From contig NC_043020.1 of the NCBI RefSeq assembly GCF_006345805.1, positions 19,778,001 through 19,842,000 on the forward strand: a DNA stretch of 64,000 nt. The letters run 5' to 3'. The position numbers were made by a program, and so were the translations under genes. Positions 51,246 through 63,035 of the stretch are shown piece by piece (position 1 is the first letter of the stretch; each line of letters opens with the position of its first letter). The notes under the pieces were generated by a model. It saw only the letters and a program-made list of their open reading frames with translations, had not been told where the DNA came from and made no database searches. The DNA is from Octopus sinensis. Its lineage: Eukaryota.

Positions 51246-52253
51246 ATGGATAACAAAGAACAGAGCAGATTGTGTGATGAAGAAAAAATTAAAGGTAATG
51301 ATGAATACAAGGCAAAGAATTTTGACGAAGCTCTGAAACATTATGAGATTGCTTTGGAGTATGATCCTAATAATATAACAGTAATTAATAACAAGGCAGC
51401 AGTGTTTCTTGATCAAGGAAAATACCAGGAATGTGTAGAACTTTGCAAAAATGCTTTGAAGTTGGACCCCAAAAATAAGGTTGATAGAAAAACTTTAGCA
51501 AAAACATATTACCGTTTGGCTAAAGCATATGAAAAACTGAACGATTTAGAGAATTCCCTGAAGTTTTATGACTATTCTATTATAGAAGACAGAAATCCTG
51601 CAGTGATAAAAATTGCTCAGAAGATGGAACTGGACCTCGAAGAACAACACAAAAATGCTTACATCAATTTTGATATTTCTGAAGAAGAAAATCAAAAAGG
51701 AAACCAGTGTTTCAAAGAGAAAGATTACAACAACGCTCTCAATCATTATACTGAGGCAATTAAGAGAAGTCCTAACGATGTCAGACGACATTACAACCGA
51801 GCTCTCTGCTACCTGAAGATGCAAGAGTATACACTATCATTGCAAGATGCAGAATCCTGTTCTAGGATTGATCCTACTTACATTCAAGCCTATCTTATCA
51901 AGGGCAAGCTATTTCAGAAGATGAGGGCCTTTTCAAAAGCCCATCTAGAATATGAAAAGGCCTTAGATATTGACAGTAACTGTGAGGAAGCTTTAAAAGG
52001 ATACAAGATCAGTTCTGAAGAAGCTGGACTGGACACAACTGCTCCAGAGGTTGTCCAAAGGCGTATACAGAGAAACCCTGAATTGAGAGCCATTCTAAGG
52101 GAACCAGAAATAAGCAAAATACTTTATGACATGCAAAATAATCCAAACTCTATGGCAATGTATATGAAAGATCCAGAAATACGCAAAAAGATTGACAAAC
52201 TGATTGCATGTGGTTTACTCACGATTGATCCAGTAATGGGAGAGGAATGTTAA
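51246..52253 (+). CDS. STIP1: Intronless STI1/HOP (STIP1)-like co-chaperone, TPR2A-TPR2B-DP2 only (335 aa)
   Basis: Colinear with the C-terminal part of human STIP1 (EKxxGNDxYK, AYINxD, YTEAIKRxP, ALDIDSNCEEA, DP-repeat tail ending KKIDKLIACGLL). Intact ORF with an in-frame TGA 6 nt upstream of the ATG. Probably a paralog or retrogene rather than the main ortholog. Confidence 0.93.
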   Translation: MDNKEQSRLCDEEKIKGNDEYKAKNFDEALKHYEIALEYDPNNITVINNKAAVFLDQGKYQECVELCKNALKLDPKNKVDRKTLAKTYYRLAKAYEKLNDLENSLKFYDYSIIEDRNPAVIKIAQKMELDLEEQHKNAYINFDISEEENQKGNQCFKEKDYNNALNHYTEAIKRSPNDVRRHYNRALCYLKMQEYTLSLQDAESCSRIDPTYIQAYLIKGKLFQKMRAFSKAHLEYEKALDIDSNCEEALKGYKISSEEAGLDTTAPEVVQRRIQRNPELRAILREPEISKILYDMQNNPNSMAMYMKDPEIRKKIDKLIACGLLTIDPVMGEEC

Positions 52254-53629
52254 AGTAACAATTTTTTGGTATTAATATTACTGGTAATAATTACATCAAT
52301 AATTAATAATTACCTCCTCCCCTTTCTCTGCTATTCTTCTTACATCAAACTGGAAATTCACTTGCTATTTTTTCTCTTTCTTATCCTCCTGCTTATCCCT
52401 GCTTTGACCCTTCTTCTCCCCGCCTTTTTTATTGTAAGGATTCACTGATTTTGTATGAAATCTTCAGTTCATATTCATAAAATGCTTGGTTATATTTTCA
52501 GAAAATAATGTGAAAAAGATTGTTTAGCAAACATGTTCTTGTCCATAATAGAGTTATCCATGTATATTTTGGTGAGTTTAACACAGTATTTGTCACCAAA
52601 ATACCAAAGATTCAGAAGACAGAAGCTGGAGAAGAAGAATCAGTGAAAATCATGTCTCGCAACTGGATTATGGAATGCTAATATCCACACAATGCCAAAC
52701 TAAAAGGATTATTTTACAATACTAGATTGATACACATATCACATGCATATTCTACTGGATTAAAATATATCTCAGAACTCCACATTAAAGGAAATTCTTC
52801 CTAAGATGAGATTGTAGAGGACTTCACAATATTATTTCAAGCAGTACCTTACAACATTGGATGGAGTTGTAGCACTTTATTGTGAATCAACATATTCTAT
52901 ACAACAATTGATCAAGGAGTACTTCATTGTACAACATTGCATCAGCACTGACTAAATACATTCCACACAAAACTGGATCAAGGAGTACTTTGTAGCAGCT
53001 GTATGGATATATTTTACACATCACTGGACCAGGGAGTATTTCACACATATCACTATAACATCTCCCTTTCTCCTCACAATCTTGAGTTAACATCTCTCAC
53101 TTATCACCACTATATGACTCCACTCCTCAAACATGGTTTTTAGGTCTCTAATTGAAAAATTATAGAACACTATAACGGATTTATGATAAATACAACTGTA
53201 TAAATAAATTTTTATTTATAGTTGTTGGTGTTTAGTTACATCCCTTGACTTTATGGGCTCAAATCCTGCTGAGTCAGCCTTTTCTTTCCATTCTTCAGGA
53301 ATCAATCACATTATATACCAGTCAAGTACTGGAGGGGAATGTATGGGTATATAAAGGAGTTATACCAACTACCATACCCTACACTTTGTAGCAAAATATA
53401 CATAAAATAATTATCATTTATAAATCATTTGTAAATTTCTGCAATTTTAATGTATCCCTTTAAGTTGTGAGTTCAAACCATCCCAGAGACGACTCTGCCT
53501 TTTATCCTTCTTGGAGACATCAGTATCATTAAATGCAGCCACTGTTCAAATCTATAGCCTATGTTATGACTAAATATTATTTGTACATTTCAGTTGTTAC
53601 ATACCTTTACATTCTAATTTCAAATCTGG

Positions 53630-54210
53630 CCAGTGTCAGGCAGTCTGCTCCACAAGCACACAACGAGAACAGGCTCATACCTCCAAGCTATTCACACCAC
53701 TCCCACCCACCTTTCTGCAAATTCAATAGAAGGCAGTACCTCCTTCTTCAAGTCAAACTTTAAGAACTTGATGGCTTGACCAAAGGGAGCATTGTTTTAA
53801 TTCAGTTCTTTCAATCTTGTACAGTATACAATTTCTTTTTCCATGGTTGCTAAACAAAAGAAAATTGCCTGTCCTTCTTGGTCAAAAAATGTTGGTGGAG
53901 CAATCTTCATGACAGACTTAGCTGAAAACCAGATTTGTCCTACATATGACAACAGTTGTTCAACAAAACTACACAAGTTAGCAAAGCTCAGACTCTGACG
54001 GAATGCCAGAATCATTTTGTCATCCTGCATGTATCTCAAAAAGGCTTCTGTGTCTAAAGAATTTATCTTTAAGCCCATTGCCAAGTCATGGATATCCGAA
54101 AACAGCCTCCACAACAAACTGTTCATGTTACTCTTGTCAACAATGATTTCTAACATAGTTCGGAGGGAGGGGCAGCAATCAGTTAAATCAACTTCAGTAT
54201 TTGAGTGGTT
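53630..54210 (-). mobile_element. Tx1/L1 ORF2 C-terminal relic (explains ORF 53797-54156)
   Basis: FVEQLLSYVGQIWFSAKSVMKIAPP...AIFFCLA...EIVYCTRLKEL*...FLKFDLK...EFAERWVGV resembles the Tx1 ORF2 C-terminus; reading through the TAA stays in the homologous frame. Confidence 0.7.
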
Positions 54211-55160
54211 CTTTATTTAAACCAATAAAGTCAAAATTGGCTTTGGCTGAATTTAAATCTAGAACTTGGAGTAGCACAAATGAATGCCACAAGGCATTTT
54301 GTCTAATGCTCTACTGGTTCTGCTAATCTATTGCCAAGGTAACATGGCTAAACTTTAGACCATATAGTTTCATGTTCACATCTGACATTTGTCCTTATCA
54401 TGAACCTCTGAACAAAGTACATTAATATGCTCCAGCTGGCCTGACTGATTAATGCCGAAAGGACATGCAGTTCTTCAAAACAGAAAAAGTTGCCTTAACA
54501 ATTGTTTCTGACAGTGCATGGCTTAATGGTTGAGGTGTTGGACTTAGGAGTGTAAATCCTGGCCTTGAGCAAGACACTTCATTTCATCATGTTGCTCTAA
54601 ACCACTGAATTGAGAAATAAGTACCAGTCTCCTCACAAGTTGTCACATCCTGGATGTTCTGTTAGGGCAAGAATGAGAGAGTTGAACTGGAAACACACGG
54701 TTGTAAAGCCTAATTTTTAACCACAGCTGTGCATGTCTACTTTTCCTTTTCCTAATGTAGTAATGTGTGATGTGGGGGAGATTTAGCTGTAATTAATAGC
54801 ACATTCACTAACCATACAGATGCTTCCTCAATGGCTTGGTGGTGATGGTGGTGGTATTACTTGGACCTAGCTAGCTCTGATCTAGCAAGTGGCATATTAT
54901 GAAAGGTATCCTATTCATGGCCTCAAAACCATTTCTGAGACAGGTGTACAAATGTTCTTCATTTTTAAGATTGTGTAATTGGAGGTGGTAACAAATATGG
55001 CAAATTCTGAGGTGAAGAGGCCATTGTAGTTGCTGTAGAAGAGGCTGTGAGAGCCTATTTGTTGGACAGTTGTGATGAAAAGTTTCTGCAGCTTTAATAA
55101 AAAGTATATTACTCTACCTTTGGTATTTGAGTACTATTTTTTACCACCTTGTTTTGTGCT

Positions 55161-55200
<40 letters not shown>

Positions 55201-57972
55201 CAAAATTTAAGGTGCAATATATAGATTTATCTAATCCAGTGGTAATCACAAAAGAGCTTCTTTAGTGGACCAGGTTATAAACCACAAAGTAAACCAATAC
55301 ATAAGAGTGTAATGTAGATCATAATCTTATGGATATCAACTAGTGAAATAAATATAATCATCTCATACCTCCTGACTTTCTAGAATTTTCCTCTCTTCTA
55401 GGATGTGACTGTATGGTAACAAGCTTGATTCCCAACCACATGGTTCCTAGTTCAATCCCACTTCATGAAACTTTGGGTAATTGTCTTGAGCTAAAGCCTT
55501 GTGAGTGGATTTGGTAGACAGACACTGAAAGAAGCCTGTCGTATATACATACATATGTGTGAGTGTGTTTGTCCCCACCACTGCTGGTGTGTTTCCTGTA
55601 ATTTAGCAGTTTGGTAAAAGTGACGAATAGAATGAGTACCAAGCTTAAAGAAGAGAATAAGTTCTGGGGTCAATTCATTCGACCAAACATTCTTTAAGGT
55701 GGTGCCCCAGCTTGGCAGCAGTCTAATGACTAAAACAAGTAAAAAGATGAAAGATAAAACACACAGTGTCTTGGACAAGTCAACTGTTGAAAGTGTTATT
55801 CATTTTATGTTGTTGAAAGGAATTATTGAAAATAAGCATTTTCACCTGTCTCCAGTTCACCCTGGATATATGTATACAACAGTGTGCCTTTGAGTTTGTG
55901 TCCCACCACTGCTTGACAACCAAAGTTGGTTTGTTTACCTCCCTGTAATCTAGTAGTTTGGCAAAAAGGAACCACTTGAATAAGTATCAGGCTTAAAAAT
56001 AAGTACCTGGGGTTGATTTGTTTAGCTAAATCTTTCAAAGCAGTGCCCCAGCATGGCCATAGACCAATAACTGAAATAATGAATTTCAATTTAAACCCCT
56101 CCTTCCACCACTAACCTCTTTGATTTTCTTTTCTGGAAATATTTCATTTTAATGAGTTTTAGTCTATTCTGGTTAGTTAGTAGTTGACAGATATATAACA
56201 CTGAAGTCTGTATAATGCTGGTTTCAAATTTAGGCACAAGGCCAACAGTTTCAGGGAAGGGACTGAAACAAGCAAAAGATTTATCACTTGTATTGACTAA
56301 ACTTTCAGAAGTTCTTATACACTATTGGTCACAATGTGCTTCCCATTCTTTCTTGATTGCACCATTCTCAGCCATCTTGGCCCAAATTATTTTACTAAAT
56401 TGTCTTCCAATCACTGTAGAGATCACTTCTTAGTTGCCTTTTCCAATCTCTTGGCTACCACTCTCTATCTGCACAGTCCAACCTGTTGTTTGTGAATCTT
56501 GCGACATGTCTCGCTCAGCAGAACTATATAATATAAGGCACTGCCTTGACGAATTTTTATTTTAATGAATCAACCTCAGCACTTACTTTTTTAAACCTGG
56601 TACTTATGCTATCAGTCCCTTTTGCCAAACTCCTAAGCTATGGGGACAAAATCAAACCAACATTGGTCATGAAGGACAAACACAAACTCAGTATATACAT
56701 ACACACACAAAAAACCAGCTTCTTTCAGTTTTTGCCTACCAAATATACTCACAAGGTTTTGGTCACTTTGGTCTGTAGTAGAAGGTGCTATGCAGAGGGA
56801 CTGAACCCAAGACTGCATGACTAGGATGAAAACTTCTTACTACAGTCACACCTGTGCCTGTTTGAGTCTTTTTTTACAGCTATAATTAGGTAGGAGAGGG
56901 TAACAATTGTATCCCTGTTATTCTGGTTCTCTGAGACTGGTAGGAGGATGTTATCCCCAAATTGGAGACATGGGCTGAATGCTTGCATTAGACTCTGCTT
57001 GAAGCACCCAAGGACCAGGTGAAGGAGTAAGTTTACCAACCAAGAAACTCAGAACACAAAAAGCTGGACAAAATACCACTAGGCATCTCATCTCACATTC
57101 AAACAATCCTTCCAATCCACTGCTCAAGACTGCTACTTTATTTTATCAACCCTGAAGGGATGAACATCAAAGTTGACCTTAGTAGAATTTGAACTCAGAG
57201 TATAAAGAATCAGAACAAAATATCACAAGGTATTTTCTCCTATACTCTGACAATATTGGCAATTATTCTTTCATTCATTCAATGTCCGTTTTCTTGTGTT
57301 TGTATGTGTTGATTGGGGACAATTTCATGTCGGATTTTAAAGCATGATGCTCTTCCTGTCACAGGATTGAATTCTGCACTGTTTCCATCAACCAAATTTC
57401 ATTCACAAGACATTTCTCAGCAAGAGGCTATTGTAGAATGCACTTGCTGAACATCATGCAACTGAACTCAAATATCATGTAATTGAACTCAAAGCAAGCT
57501 TCTTAATCACACAGCCATGCTTGCACCTATACATATACAAAAATATGCACAAACATATAGGTAAATAAACATATCTGAAAAAATGTTTTAGAAATAAAAG
57601 ACAACAAACAAGACTACATGGAAAATAATTTTTACACAGAAAAGAAGAGAGGAAAATTCAATGATTCAGACACCTGTCCTTCATCAGGAACAAAGATGAA
57701 ATAAAATATTGAAAGAGAAAAGAGATGTTACTTAAACTTAATTTAGCACAACAATAAACAGATATACATATAAATACCCACAAACAAATGTATGCATGCA
57801 TACACACACAAACTTTACATACATACAAAAACAAATGCTGTATTTGCTAATGAATAAGATGCACTCATATTTTACAAGTATATTTTGTGGAAAAAGATAA
57901 ATTTTGTGCTAACAGACTATGATATATATTTGCTTGCTTTTGATATCTTATTAGAAGTAACAGTTATTGTAC

Positions 57973-58025
57973 CTTGCAGGCTTATGCTAACCCAGATTTC
58001 TAGCCTATGATGCTTGGTTTCCTAT
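57973..58025 (-). CDS. Candidate last exon of the distal minus-strand gene (stop immediately after the junction)
   Basis: accattttacag acceptor; phase 2 gives CT|A TAG. An AAG|GTACAA donor also follows. Confidence 0.25.
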
Positions 58026-58923
58026 CTGTAAAATGGTCATATTAGATGCAAGGCAATTTTTGAATACGTTTAAAAATGAAAAAAAAAGTGTATCTTATAT
58101 GCCAGCAAATACAATCATCATCATCATCATTCAACATCCATGTTCCATGCTGGACAGTTTGACAAGGATCCCATGGGTCTAAAGACTACACCATGTTCCA
58201 GTGTTTGCCTTGGCATGATTTCTACAACTAGATGCCCTTCTTAACACCAACCACTCTACAGTATGTACTGGGTACTTCTTTCATGTCACCAACACTGTTG
58301 AGATCACCCACCATGCAGCTTGCAAGTCTGCAAATCCTGTGAAGGGAGTTGGGAGTGCATCCTTATGGGAGGTTAAAGTGTAAGAGAAGAGAGGTTAGGG
58401 TAGAGCTAGAGCTTGTTGAAGAGGTATACCAGGTTACTCATATTTAAAGGAGAGAGTGAGGATGAATCAGTAATATCTCTAAAGAGAAATGTAGTGGAGA
58501 TAAGGTATTCAGATAGCACCTCAGGGTATGAAGCGAGTGGTAGTGATAGGGGACAGAGACACTAGGAGGGTGTGTGGATGGAGGTTTGTAAGAGTGTACA
58601 AGGGGGAAGAAATATATGAACAACCACGAGTACACATACATATACAGTAATGTGTGTATGCAAACACATATACTTAGCCAAACACTGAACCACAAGTCAC
58701 GTACACAATAAAAACAAGTAGTTTTATTGCTTACACACAGACACACATATTCGTATATATATAACATGTGTGTGTATATATATATATATATATACATACA
58801 CACATTTTATATATATATATATAAAATGTACTCTCATAAACAAGTGAACTCAATTATGTATAGAAAGGTGATATATTTATTTTGTTATAATAATTATGGT
58901 CAACATTAATTGTAGTTTCATAC

Positions 58924-59027
58924 AGCAGAAGAGGTGTCTTCTGGTAGCAGTCATCAAATGAACAACGAAGAATGGTTTTAGCACCAACAATTGAAAGTAA
59001 AATAGGGATATCAACTTCTGCCTGCAG
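58924..59027 (-). CDS. Candidate coding exon (LQAEVDIPILLSIVGAKTILRCSFDDCYQKTPLL)
   Basis: Strong acceptor cccttacactgttttcttgatgcag, GTATGA donor, 104 nt, phase 0 to 2. Confidence 0.55.
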
Positions 59028-60134
59028 CTGCATCAAGAAAACAGTGTAAGGGAGCATAGTAATTCTGTTTTTACTTTTTCATTAATCAAGATGAATTACC
59101 TTCTGAAGATATTTAAATACTTACAGAAATTGTTAATTACTGAAGAAAATGTATTTTTCTATTTTTCTGTACTGTGACATTATCATATTTTAAATTTATC
59201 CATCAAGGTTTCAGCATAATTTTTATGCTCTGTCTCTGAGTTTAATTTTTTCAGAAGAAATCTTTGATCCATATCATTGCTTTAGTATTTCAGGACAAGC
59301 TTAAAGAGTGTGCAATTTAGTTTTGTTGGTTTAGTTGCGTTACATTGTCGTTTAGTTTTTCCTATTGACGATACAACAATAACTTCCTTTGTGTCATTTC
59401 TGTTAAAATTTTTTTTTGTAATGCTGGTTAACAGGGAATCGTTTATTTATAAAGTCTAAGAAAATTTTGCCACATTAGATTCAACATTTAATGAGAATGG
59501 AGGATTAAATCAGATGCTATTTCAAACACTTTCCTTAGATATTGAGTGCAAATGTTATGTCCGTATGGTGGGAGGTAAATTTAAAACATAAGAAAAGTAG
59601 TACATGATGAAACAATTCTTTGGAAAAATATACGCACACATATATGTATATACATAGTGTATTTTGTGTGTAGAAATAGATGTACGACAGTTACCATTAA
59701 GTTTAGAGCTCCATGTAGATTACCATTGTCCAGTCGGCTTCCAGTATAGTGGTTAAGCTACTACTATACTTAGCAGTATGCTAGTTGTGATATACAAAGC
59801 AAATGTAGAAGAAATTATAATAAGCACCAGTTCATATAATCTATTCCTACATACATTTCACCCTTGTGTTGTTTGGAACTCTGCATTTGATGTTTCAAGA
59901 ACAATTGGATACTTAACCACAACAGATCACTGGAGAACACTTTATTGTATTTACTTAGAGAGGTCCATTGTGGTTAAACATCAAATTGCACCTAGAATAT
60001 CCAATGCAGAGCTTCAAACAACCACAACAGTGAAATGTACACGGGAGCAAATGATACAGACTTGTGTTTATTGTAATTTCTCCTATGTATATACATCTAA
60101 ATACATAAAGAAGGGGATGTCCCGCCAAATATAC

Positions 60135-60234
60135 CTGATGAGATACAAACTGCACAGATTGATGCAACACTATTAGATGCACAAAATCAAATCCATAACG
60201 GACAGTTGCAGGATGGGTCAAAACAATCATTGAA
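60135..60234 (-). CDS. Candidate coding exon (xSMIVLTHPATVRYGFDFVHLIVLHQSVQFVSHQ)
   Basis: cctttattcag acceptor, CAG|GTATAT donor, 100 nt, phase 2 to 0. Confidence 0.5.
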
Positions 60235-60459
60235 CTGAATAAAGGCTACTGCTAAATCTATCTTCTGTTTCCTTCATCAGTTACCATTATCTCAGCTAAC
60301 ATTGTGGAGTTCCTGATGTAGATTCAGCAGATATATACTCCAACTGTGGATGACACCAGGCAGTCCAAACTGTGAACATGCTTTACTCAACACACCAATT
60401 GACATATACCCATTAGCCTAAAAAGTTACATACATACATTATAAATATATATATGTGGA

Positions 60460-60760
60460 AGCGCAATGGCCCAGTGGTTAGGGCAGCAGACCCACGGTCG
60501 TAGGATCATGGTTTCGACTCCCAGACCGAGCGTTGTGAGTGTTTATTAAGTGAAAATGCCAAAAGCTTTACTAGGCTCCGGCAGGGGTGTGGGTGGCAAT
60601 CCCTGCTGTACTCTTTCACTACAACTTTCTCTCACTCTTTCTTCTGTTGGCCTGCTCGCTTAACCAACGGGGTGGCATCATTTGAAGGCTAAAACAATGC
60701 GAAGTGCATTGTGACCAGCGATGTGTAGCAACATCTGATAGCCTGGTCAGTCACGGTGAT
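60460..60760 (+). mobile_element. tRNA-derived SINE, fourth family
   Basis: A-box tggcccagtggtta, B-box ggtttcgactccc, ends at (AT)n. Confidence 0.7.
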
Positions 60761-61558
60761 ATATATATATATATATATGCTTTAAGGTTTCACTTAGGCA
60801 TAGCAATATTAATAATCTAGTGTTAGAACTCAATATACATATGCTTCAGAATAAAGTGCAATGCAAGACCAGTGTGTAATATGAAATTGAATAAATGACA
60901 AAAGAACGGCTTCATCAGCTTACAGTTGTTTCTGCTATAAAATGCAGGGCACCCCTAACAGCAGAAACAGTTGTAAGTTAACGAAGATGATTACATAATT
61001 CCTGTTCTCTTCTCATTTATTTAATCTCATATATACACATATATACATAAATGCATATATGCATTTCGTTTTTGGATTTGGTGTATTTATACATATATAT
61101 ATAAATACATAAATATATTTAATAAATTTAGTTTTCAATTACCAACAATATTGAAGTTGTCTTATTTACACATACATACACAAATAAAAATATATATATA
61201 CAGTCATTAACAGTTTTGCCAAGCCTTTAGCTAATTTAAAGGCAACAACTCATCTCAGATAAGTAAAAATGAAAAGCATATGTTGCACTTTTATACACTT
61301 TACTTGATCCAGGTTCATTTCGAAGTTGATATCACTACTATACTTTGTCATGAAGGATTAGTGTTGATTATAGCTAATATAACATCATATATATAAAATG
61401 ACACAGATGTAGAATGCTTACTTGTGTCATTTAAGAAATTTAGTCTTCAATTACCAACAATATTGAGGTTGTCTTATTTTGTCATTACACACATGGTTTG
61501 TCAATACACACATACATACACACATACATATGTAGTTTATATTTCTCACAGCTAATAG

Positions 61559-61729
61559 CTACGAGTGAGGAAGGGAGGAAAGAAGAGTCTCATTGTATCG
61601 GAGTTTGCGGTTTACATTCCACGATGGCTGTTCTATATGGACATATTCCCTCTCGACACTGATGGTTTCGTCAAAAGATACCTGGTCTAAGTAGTATGCC
61701 ATGAGGTCTGTTATTGCTTTCTCTTCAAT
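61559..61729 (-). CDS. Candidate coding exon (IEEKAITDLMAYYLDQVSFDETISVEREYVHIEQPSWNVNRKLRYNETLLSSLPHS)
   Basis: Strong acceptor ttgtctattttgcag and a 56-codon open frame. The 3' end is ambiguous (TAG stop, GTAGCT donor or GTGAGA donor). Confidence 0.6.
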   Translation of the reverse strand: MEEKAITDLMAYYLDQVSFDETISVEREYVHIEQPSWNVNRKLRYNETLLSSLPHS

Positions 61730-62146
61730 CTGCAAAATAGACAAATCCAACATATATTAATTTTCTGCATATACACACTCACATTTTAGAAGAATAGATA
61801 CAGTCTATTATTAGAACCAACCACCATTTCTTGCTGGCCACCTTGGTAGGATTCAAAATAAGAATAGAAAGAAACACAACTAAATACCCCAAAGTATTTT
61901 GTCCAATGACCAACTGATTTTGCCAATCCCCACCCATATATAAGTGGGTACAGGACGTCACAAAATGTAAACAACATGAAATATGAAGACAAAGTTGGGT
62001 ACGCAAACAATGAGAGAACCAAATGGCAAACAAGACAAGTGACATAAAGAAGGACCCTTCATCAGTTGTCAGCTGTCCATCTACTCCTCATTTCGAGCAT
62101 TTAATGACAATATGAGGCTTTGAAAGGCAGTTGCTCCCACGAACCA

Positions 62147-62177
<31 letters not shown>

Positions 62178-62233
62178 TATTTATATTATTATATGATTGA
62201 ATGCCACACATCCATTTCCAAGTAAGTTTATCT

Positions 62234-62265
<32 letters not shown>

Positions 62266-62280
62266 TATATTTATACACAC

Positions 62281-62440
62281 ATGAGGGGGTACCCAAAAGA
62301 AACCGGAATTTTGCAATATCATTTTATTCACTTAGCTTTACATGTTTACACTTTTATTGCCTTCAAAGTATTCTTCATTTGAAGCAATGCATCATGTCCA
62401 ACATAGTCTCTTGTCACCACAACATACAACAATAAGATAG

Positions 62441-62482
<42 letters not shown>

Positions 62483-62660
62483 TATATACACACATGAGGG
62501 GGTACCCAAAAGAAACCGGAATTTTGCAATATCATTTTATTCACTTAGCTTTACATGTTTACACTTTTATTGCCTTCAAAGTATTCTTCATTTGAAGCAA
62601 TGCATCATGTCCAACATAGTCTCTTGTCACCACAACATACAACAATAAGATAGGTGTGTA
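62281..62660. repeat. Tandem duplication of a mariner terminal fragment between (TA)n tracts
   Basis: About 62281-62445 equals 62493-62657. Begins with a TIR-like 'tgagggggtacccaaaagaaaccgg'; the minus strand reads EEYFEGNK. Confidence 0.8.
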
Positions 62661-62746
62661 TATATATATATATATATATATGTATATAATTAAGTATCTA
62701 AGTCTTCCCCAATGTATAACAGCAACAAAAATATAGAAACAATTAC

Positions 62747-62776
62747 ATTTTCAATACAAGAGGCTATCTTGGACAT
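62747..62776 (-). CDS. Candidate first coding exon (MSKIASCIEN)
   Basis: ATG at 62776, AAT|GTAATT donor, phase 0 compatible with the acceptor at 61729, about 240 bp from the promoter motif. Confidence 0.3.
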
Positions 62777-63010
62777 GAAATGGTTTCGACTGGTATGTGT
62801 TTGAGATGTAATGAAGTGAATTTCGATGGTTGTGGATTGCACTTGCTTGGTTCTATCATCCGTTGGACTGTTTTTTGTTGTTTTTTTTAATTGTAATTGA
62901 TGTATGATTGAATAGTTAACGTTCACGCTCGTAATACAGAGACATTTGAATTAATTTTTACAATCTAACCGTTCTTTCACACGGAATTTCATCTATCTTT
63001 AAATCATGAC

Positions 63011-63035
63011 CCGGAAGTGACGTTATATATAAGGG
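63011..63035. promoter_or_regulatory. ETS-CRE composite CCGGAAGTGACGT abutting a TATA-like TATATAAGGG
   Basis: Exact motif visible within a CpG-retaining patch (about 62800-63030). Confidence 0.55.

Noticed and set aside
53797-54156. 119-aa ORF that at first resembled a dynein heavy-chain C-terminal exon
   Set aside because: The sequence, including the frame past the TAA, fits the Tx1/L1 ORF2 C-terminus much better; treated as a LINE relic. For the same reason I make no dynein call for the 58-62 kb exons.
55846-55861. 16-nt AG...GT microexon candidate
   Set aside because: It only looked useful as a bridge to the 54-kb ORF, which is a LINE relic.
59735-59775. tRNA D-arm-like 'agtatagtggttaag'
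   Set aside because: No anticodon or T arm. No true tRNA gene was found in the window, only SINE heads.
62045-62075. CTGATGAAGG on the minus strand
   Set aside because: No downstream GAAA; at most the truncated end of a PLE fragment.
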